NCBI GenBank assembly: GCA_037446355.1
Contig: JBBIIT010000003.1
Span: 22,751 to 86,750 of the forward strand
Direction: 5' to 3'
DNA from: Beijerinckiaceae bacterium
GTDB lineage: Bacteria > Pseudomonadota > Alphaproteobacteria > Rhizobiales > Beijerinckiaceae
DNA length: 64,000 bases
Positions 48,001 through 57,000 of this stretch are shown in pieces. The translations under genes were made by a program, and so were the position numbers. Positions within the stretch are counted from its first letter, which is position 1, and every line of letters begins with the position of its first letter. The notes under the pieces were generated by a model that was not told the origin of the DNA, searched no databases, and worked only from the letters and a program-made list of their open reading frames with translations.

Positions 48001-51000
48001 CGGGGTCGTCAGTCCGGCCGTGGATCCCTATGCGCTCTATGCGCCCAAAGGATCGATCGATATCCAGACTTCGAGCCCGCTCGAAATCAGCCAGGATGTG
48101 CTGGCGTACGGGTCGATCATCAAAGCGGCCGGCAACGCGACCGATACCGGATCCAGCGTAACCGACTCGAACCTGACGGTCGACGCGGGCGTGACCGTTA
48201 GCTCGCAGACATCTTCCGTGGAGCTTGATGCGCGCAACAACATCACTTTGGCCGGCAGCATGTTGGTCAATGGCGTCCTGATCGCCGGCGCCCAAATCGT
48301 GGCGGCGACCGGCGTTACGCTCGATGCCGGCTATCTGAACACCACGGCGGCGCCTACCGGCGATCAGTACGACAGCGTTTTCATCCGCGCCGGCGCAAAA
48401 GTGCGTGCAGGCGCTGCGATCCGCATCGAAGCTGGCAACAACATAACGATCGACGGGGCCTCGGCGGTTGACGGGCCCCCGCAGCTGATCGCCGCGACCA
48501 CGATCGATCTTATGGGCGGCTATCTTTCGGCGTTGTCGGGATATGACGGCAATGCGTCGACATTGAAGTTGAGCGGATCTTTCCAGGCGCAAACTTTCAA
48601 CATTACAACCGGTTCGGGCAACGACGACATCGAGTTCAGCCCTACGGCTATGGCGATCGCGGGGGCCACCAATATCTCCTCGGGCGGCGGAGACGACCTC
48701 ATCCACGTATTCAATTTACCGAACATGACGACGAACGCACAGATCGCGGCTAACGCGGGCCAGATCAACGACGTCATCAATCTCGATGGCCAGAACGGCG
48801 CCGACACCTATGTTGTCGATGCGACCGCGAGCACCGATTACGTCATCAACGTCAACGACACCGGGGCGCTCGACAGTGGCCTCAACACTCTGATAATCAA
48901 CGGCGCGACGACGACTTCGGGCCAGACATTCCTATTGCGCGACACGTTCGTCGCCATCCTCAAATCCGACGGACAACAAGTCTATCAAAGGATCAACTAC
49001 AACAATTCGATCACTAATCGCCTCGAAATCAACGGCGGCGCGGTCACCGGCGCCCTGGTCGACGCGAACAATCTTCCGAACAGCACCGGCGACAGCTATT
49101 ATCTGGACGGCAATTCCGCGCTGACGACCATCAACGCCGGCAACGGCAACGACTTCTTCCAGGTCGGCCAGGTTTACGATCCTGCCGGTTTCGGATCGTC
49201 CGCGGGCCAGGTCGGCGCCGGCATCGGCGATGGCCTGTCGTTCACGGGCATCACCCTCGGCGGCAAGAACGAGAATCTGTCCTACGGCGTCGAGCGTTCG
49301 ACGGTGCTTTACGGCGGTTCGGGAACCGATACGTTCGAAGTCTATTCGAACAAGGCCGATCTTTCGATGATTGGCGGCAGCGGCAATGATACGTTCATCG
49401 TCCGCGCGTTCCTGGTCGCGGCCGGAACGCATCTGAACGTCAAGGGCGGCACTGGTAACGATACGATCGAATACAACATCAACGCGCCGCTCGACATCGA
49501 GGGCGGCACGGGCTTCAACACGCTAGTGCTTCTGGGCACCGAAGCGAACGATACCTTCGTCGTCACCAAGGACGGCGTGTACGGCGCCGGGCTCAACGTC
49601 GCCTACACCAACATACAGGCGGTCACGATCGACACGCTCGAAGGCAACGACACAATCTACGTCGAAAGCACGCCGCAGAATGTCGTGACCACGATCAACG
49701 GCGGCGCGGGCGGCGACACGTTCATCGTTGGCGGCGACGTGACGAACGCTGTCGTCTCGGCCAGCACAAAGGGAGCGTCAAGCGTGACCGACAATTCGGT
49801 CGTCAGCAACGATCCCGCCTATAACAAGATCTTCGTCCCCGGGCTCAGCGTTACGGTCGCCGGCGCCGGCGGCGCGATCATCACACCGCCGAGCCAGGCG
49901 GTCGTCCACGTCAACGATCCCGCCTCGATCACGAGCTTCACGGTTTCCGCGCCGTCCGCGCTTTTGGCGGGCAATGTCGCCTATGTGAATATTTCACCCT
50001 CGCTCCCCTCCGCCGAATGGGCCGCGATGGGCGCGGCGGTGCTACAGGTGTCGGTCGACGGCGGAACGACCTGGAATTCGACCGGACAGGTCAAGTTTGT
50101 CGGCGGCGTGACCGGACCGCAAACGGTCCTGCTGCGCGCGGCGCCGATTCCGGCAAATGACACTTACTATCGAGACGAAACCATCGTCGTGGCGGCCAAT
50201 GTCGTCAGCACGGATCAGCCAACGCTGGACTCCCTGGTGACGCCAAGCGTCAAGGTCACCGTCAAGGCGAGCGCGACCGGGTTGATCATCGACCAAAGCC
50301 TGGCGTCAACCACGATCACCGCCGGCCCCAGCGCTGCGAATCAGACCAGCTACACCTATAATCTGTCGCTAAATCAACAACTGACCGGCAGCCAGACCGT
50401 AACCGTAAATCTGGTCGATCCCACAGCCGCCACTGACGGCGTCGTGCTCACGCAAAACGGCGCCCCGGTGACGTCGGTCACCTTCAACGCCACAAATTGG
50501 AACACGCCGCAGCAGATCACGGTGATGTCGACGCTATCAGGCCTGCATGGCGAGACGCCGGTCACCATCCAGAACGTCATCAACAATGTCGACGCCGGCG
50601 ACGTGAACCTCAAGATCGCCGCGACCAACACTCCTGGCGTGTTGTTGTTGACGCCGCAGGGCGCCGCCGTCACTTCCAACGCCCCCAACGGCGCCTACAG
50701 TTATCAGATGGTTCTCACCCAGGCGCCGACGGCCGACGTCACGGTCAATCTGCTGGGCGACGGCCAGACCGTCGCCAGCAGCGCCGCAACCGGATTCAAC
50801 GCGAACAATCAAACGCTGACGTTCACCTCGGCGAACTGGAATGTGCCGGTCACGATCACGCTGACGCCGAACGCGAACTACACGCCGCCCGCGTCCAGCG
50901 GTTCGGGTAACGCCGCGAACACGTTGCTGCCATTCCCGAATGGTCCGCACACGCTCGCGCAAATCAATGGGCCCCTGATCATCGACGGCGGCACGCAGCC

Positions 51001-54000
51001 GGGGCAGCCGACGCTGATCTCAGCCGTGACGCTACCCTACGAGACTCAAAATATTCCGGTAGTCGAACCTGCGAATGTCGTGGGCCAGGGAGTCGGCGCT
51101 CACGTGGCCGACGTGTTGCAGGTCTATGCGGACGGCAATACGGCGAACCTCACGGGCGCGCTGACGACCATCACGGCCGGCAGTCTGTTCGGCGGCGTCG
51201 GCGACAATATCAGCGGTCTGGGAATGCCGACCAGCAACCAGACAATTACGTTCCACAACCCGACGACAGGGGTGACGACGCAATACGAAGGCGGAATCAA
51301 TTTCGTCAACCTCGACGCGATCCAGATTCTCATGGGCACGGGGAACGACACTTTCACGATCGACACCACCGCGCCGACGATCAATGTCGACAACAACAAC
51401 ATCCAGACGATGATGGTCATCGAAGGCGGCGGCGGCTCGAACACGATCAACGTCGTGGCGAGCAGCGACCCGCTGGTGCTCTACGGCAACGAGTCCGCGA
51501 CTGGTTACGAGTTCAATTCCGCGCCCGGAGCGATCACCGGCAACGGCTATCAGTTCACCAACTTCGGCTCCGACACCATCAACGCCTCGGGCGCGACAGG
51601 AACGGTCGTGATCGTCGGCGGGCCCAACAACGATGTGCTGACAGGCGGAACGGGCGTCAATTGGATCTTCGGCGGTCTGGGCAGCGACACCATTTCGGCG
51701 GCGGGTGCGCAAAACTACATATTTGGCGACTCCAGCGCGACCGTCGGCGAATTCGACCCGGCGCCGATCCAGCCGGCGCTGAATCCCAACGCGATGACCA
51801 ACAATCTGTGGAGTCGCTTGCTGACTATCGACAATACGGGAACGACGGCGGGCGACAACACCATCACCGTGACGGGGTCTGGAAGCAGCGACGTCATCGG
51901 CGCTTACGGCGTTATCGATATCGTTGGCCAGTCTGCCGGCGTGGTCGACCCGTTCGCGAGCCTTGGCGCCGAATCGATCACAAAGATCGCCTCGGTCAAC
52001 ACCGCGATCGGCGGCGACAATATAATTACGGTCGCAAATAATGACGTGGTCATCGGCGGGGCGGGGAACAACCAAATTGTGGTCGGCGCGGTCGGCGCCG
52101 ACGTCATTTTCGGCGCCAACGGTGAGGCCGACTATTCCAATGGCGTTCTGGTGAGCGTCAGGAGCCTCGATCCGCTCCATGGCGGCAACGATACGATTTC
52201 CGGTCCCGTGGTGAATGGCGCTCTTACCGCGGGCGGCTCTGGCGGGAGCGTCGTGATCGGCGGCGTCGGCAGCGACACCATCTACATGGGCGGCTCCGGC
52301 AATACGATTGTCGGCCATGACGGGTGGGCGACGTTCACCTCGATCGGCGCGATCTCGACGATCACGACGCTCGATCCGAGCTATGGTGCGCCCAACTCGA
52401 TCACGGTCTCTGGCGGCGGCAATACCGTCTTCGGCGGCACGGGCTCCTCGCTCATCACCTTGGGCGGCGGCGGCAACGTCGTCGTCGGCGACAACGGCAA
52501 CGCCAACTTCCAGGCGGGCATTCTCACCTTCATCATGACGACCGATCAAACGGTCCGCGGCAACAATACGATCCTCGTGAATGGCAGCGGCGGCAACGTC
52601 ATCTTTGGCGGCTCGGGCGCGGATGCGATCACGGTCAACGGCAGCGGCGCCAATGTGATCTTTGGCGACAACGGCGCCGCGACGTTCGTCAATGGCGTGC
52701 TGACGCACATCGAGTCGATAGCGCAGACCGCGGCGGCCACCGGAGGGTTGCCGAGTACGCAATCGAATTCGTCGGGGACCGTCTACGGCGGAGACGACAC
52801 GATCAAGGTCGGCGACGGCGCCAACGTGATCGTCGGGGGGCTGGGGGCGAACAACATCTCCACCGGCAATGGCGCCAATATCGTATTGGGCGATAGCGGC
52901 GCGGCCATATTCACCCTCGCGGGCGTGCTGACCGCGATCTATTCGACCTTCGGCGGCGCCGCCGCGGGAGGCACTGTCAGCACCGGCACGTCCAATAACG
53001 ACACGATCACGCTCGGCAACGGCAACAACGTCGTGATCGGCGGCGCGGGGTCGGACAGCATCGTGCTGGGGACAGGTTCGGATGTGGTGATCGGCAACGA
53101 TGGCGAGGCGCTATTCACGAATGGCGCGCTCACCTACATCACGTCCACCGATGGGCTTCTCGGCTACGGCGGCGCCGACACGATAACGGGCCCCAACGGA
53201 ACGCCCGGCGGTTCGGGTGGCAGCACGATTATCGGCGGCATCGGCGACAATACGATATCGATCGGCGGCAATCACAACACGATCATCGGCCACGACGGAA
53301 AAGTGCTGTTCAACGCCGCCGGGCAGTTGTTGTGGGCGATGACGTCGGATCCAAGCGTCGGCGGCGATGATTCCATCAACGTCGTCGGCGACGGCAACGT
53401 GATATTCGGAGGCACGGGGAACGATACGATCACGGTTTCGTCGATTCCCGGCTCCATTCCCAACGGCAACATCATTGTCGGCGACAACGGCGCCGCGTAC
53501 TTCGTCAACGCCATCCTTACGCAGATATTCTCGACCGATCCGACCTACGGCGGCAACAACACCATCACCGCGGGCGATGGTAATAACATCGTCATCGGCG
53601 GCTCCGGCTCGGACCGCATCACGCTCGGCAATGGCTCTAATATTGTCCTTGGCGACAATGGCGAGATCGACTTCACCAACGCCGGAGTGATCACCGCGAT
53701 AAAGACCACCTACGCCGCCATCGGCGGCCAGGACACCATCTTCATCGGCGCCGCGAATACGGTCACGAAAGGCCAGAATGTCGTCATGGGCGGCGCCGGC
53801 GCCGATACCATCACGATCAACGGCTCGGGCGCCAATATCGTGCTCGGGGACAATGGCGAGGCGGACTTCGCGAACGGCTTCCTCACTTCGGTTTACAGCA
53901 CGTTCGTCACCATCGGCGGCGACGACACGATCGCGATCAACGGCGACGGCGCGAACATCGTCATCGGCGGGATCGGCGCCGACAACATCGCGATTTCGGG

Positions 54001-57000
54001 CGTTGGCGCGAATTTCGTGATCGGCGATAGTGGCCACGTCGACTTCAGCGCGGGATTCGTGACGCAAGTCTACACGATCGCGGCGACAGCCATCGGCGGC
54101 GGAACCGTCGGGACGGGAACCAGCAGCGACGACACGATCAAAGTCGGCGACGGCGCCAACTTGATCTTCGGCGGCTCCGGCGCCGACACAATCACCGCCG
54201 GAAACGGCAACAATGTCATCGTCGGCGACAACGGTGAGGCGATCTATGCGCTCGGCGTGCTCGCGAGCGTCACCTCCACGGACACCTCCGTCGGCGGCGA
54301 CGACGTGATCAGGGCCGGCAACGGCAATAACATCGTGTTCGGCGGCGCCGGCGCCAACAACATCACCCTCGGCGACGGGCAAAACGCCGTGGCCGGCGGC
54401 AACGGCTTCGCGCAATTCTCGAGCGCGGGCGTCCTGCAGGCGATCTATTCCATCGCGCCGGATGCGACGTTCGGCGGCACGCCCGACAGTGGGTCGTCCA
54501 ACAACAACACCATTTCCGTCGGCAACGGCAATGACGTCGTCATCGGCGGGTCCGGCTCCAATCGGATCACGGCGGGCAATGGCAACAACTACATCCTCGG
54601 CGCGAACGGGGAAGTTCAGTATGTCGTCGTCGGCGGCGTGAACCTGGTCAGTCGTGCGCAGTCGACCTGGCAGCTCTGGGCCGGATCGAACACGATCGTC
54701 GCAGGCGACGGCAGCAACTCGATCATCGGCGGCAGTTTCTCCAACACGATCACCTCGGGTAATGGCGTCGGCAATATCATCCTCGGCCACAATGGCGAGA
54801 TCGTGCAGGCGTTCGGCGCGAGCGGCGCTCCCGTCAAGAATTCGGATGGCGCGTTCCACCGCGACATCGTGCTCGAAGAGATTGCGACGATCACCGGCGT
54901 GGTTGCTCTAGATAGCGCCGGCGCGGCGTCCGTGGCGGAATCGGCCGCGCTGACCAGCGCCGATCTCGTGTTGCTCGCCGGCGCGTTCAACGCCGACGGT
55001 TCGCGCGCGATGCTGCCGGTCTCCGCGAACAGGCCGGTCAGCGCCTGGGAGGTGCAGGCGCTCCTGCTCACCCTGATGGCCGCCGCCAACGACACGATCA
55101 CCACCGGCAGCGGCAATGACGCCGTCGTCATAGGCCAGGGTGGGAACAATACGATCACGGCCAAGGGCGGCAACGACTTCCTGTTCGGCAATTGGGCGTC
55201 GAACACGCTTCCGTTCGCCACCGACTTGCCCTCGATCGTCAACGCGATTGTCATCGTGGCCGCTCCCGGGGACGCGGCCATCGCCGCGCAACTGCCGGTC
55301 GGCGGCGCGATCGTCGTTCCGAACGTAAACTTGCAGCCGTCGGCGCTCACGAACATGGCGCCTCAACTCGAGACGCCGCCGAGCGGATTCGGGACGCTGA
55401 ACTCCCTCGCGGAGGGCGGACCGCTCTCGCTCGGCGGCGGGCAGAGCCTGCAGATTTACGCCTCCGTCGTGCCGTCGGCGCTCCACGGCTCGCCGGCCCT
55501 GCCGGGGTCGAACACCATCAACGGCGGGTCCGGCAATGATGTGATCTTCGGAAACTTCGGCCAGCTCGGCGCGCTTACCAGCACCGGTGTCGCCGCGATC
55601 GACGCGCAACTTCAGGGTCTGTCGGTTTCCATGCTTGGGATGCTGAAGGAATATTCGGCGTTGTCCGTGGCGCAGTACACGTTGGACGCGGCGAATTCCC
55701 AGGCCGCTCCGGCCGCGATCATCGCCACTGAAAACAATACGATCAACGTCGGCGCCGGCAACAATTTGGTGTTCGGCAATGCCGGCTATTACCTGATGCC
55801 GGGGATTTCCGTCGGGGGTAGCGCCTCTGGTTCGCTGGCGGCCGACGCGTTGGCGTTCGACACTTATCTCCTGAACATGCAGGAGGTGATGGCCGACATG
55901 TCGTTCGTCGCGCACGAGGCGGGCCAGAGCGTCATCGCCAGTTTCGCGACCAGCCCCGCCGCCGCAGCGGCGGGCTTCACCGGTGTGTTCAATCCGGCCG
56001 CGCCGCTTCGGCCCTCCCTCGCCAAGTTGGAGCTAGGCAACGACACGATCACCGTCAACGGCGGCGGTCGCAATGTCATCATAGGCGACAGCGGTTTCGT
56101 CATCATGCCGAGCGTCAACGTGACGATCTCGAACTGGGCGGCCGGTCAGACCCAGGCCACGCTCACGTCCGTGGCGACGAGCCTCGCGGCGCTGGAATCC
56201 TCGTACGGCGCATCGCTGAAATCGCAATTCGCCGCGGATCATCCTTTTGCGGCTGACAACAGCGCGGCTTCGCAGTTCCTCTTCGCCGGCGGCTTTGGCA
56301 TCCAGATCGACATCGGCAACGACACGATTTCGGGCGGCGGCGGCAACAGCGTCCTCATCGGTGATAACGCGCTCATGCTCGATCCAATCATCGGGCCCGG
56401 CGCGACAGGGCAGGCCAATTCGCCGGCGATGCAAGCGATCATGGACACGGCCGTGGACCGACTTTTCCTCGGCCCGGTTTCGGTCGGGCCGGCCACCGCG
56501 GAATCGTGGGGCGTCACGGCGCTTCTCTCGGTCAGCGGCGCGGCGGACTGGTCGTCTTCGGGCGGCTATGTCTTCAATGGGGCGAAGAACAGCGTGACAC
56601 TCGGCAGCGATACGATCAGCACCGGCGCCGGGTCGGATCTGGTCTATGGCGATCTCGGAGTCATTCTGCCGAATCTCGGAGCGAATTCGGGGCTCGCGTC
56701 GAGCTTCTTTGTCTATGCTTCCGGCGAACCCGGCGGCACCTCGACTGCGAACTTCAACTATGTCTACGGCTTCGGCGTGTTCGGTTCACTGCACCATTGG
56801 CAGAGCGCCCCGGGAACGCCTTCGACGTTCAACGTCGACGCCGACTTCATAACCGGCGGATCGGGCAATAGCGTTATTTTCGGCCAGCTCGGCGACGACA
56901 CGATTATCGGCGGTTCAGGCAACCAGCAGATCTCAGGGGGCTGGGGCTTCAACACCATCACGGTCGGCACGGGCGTCAATTATATCGCGTTCAACCGCGC

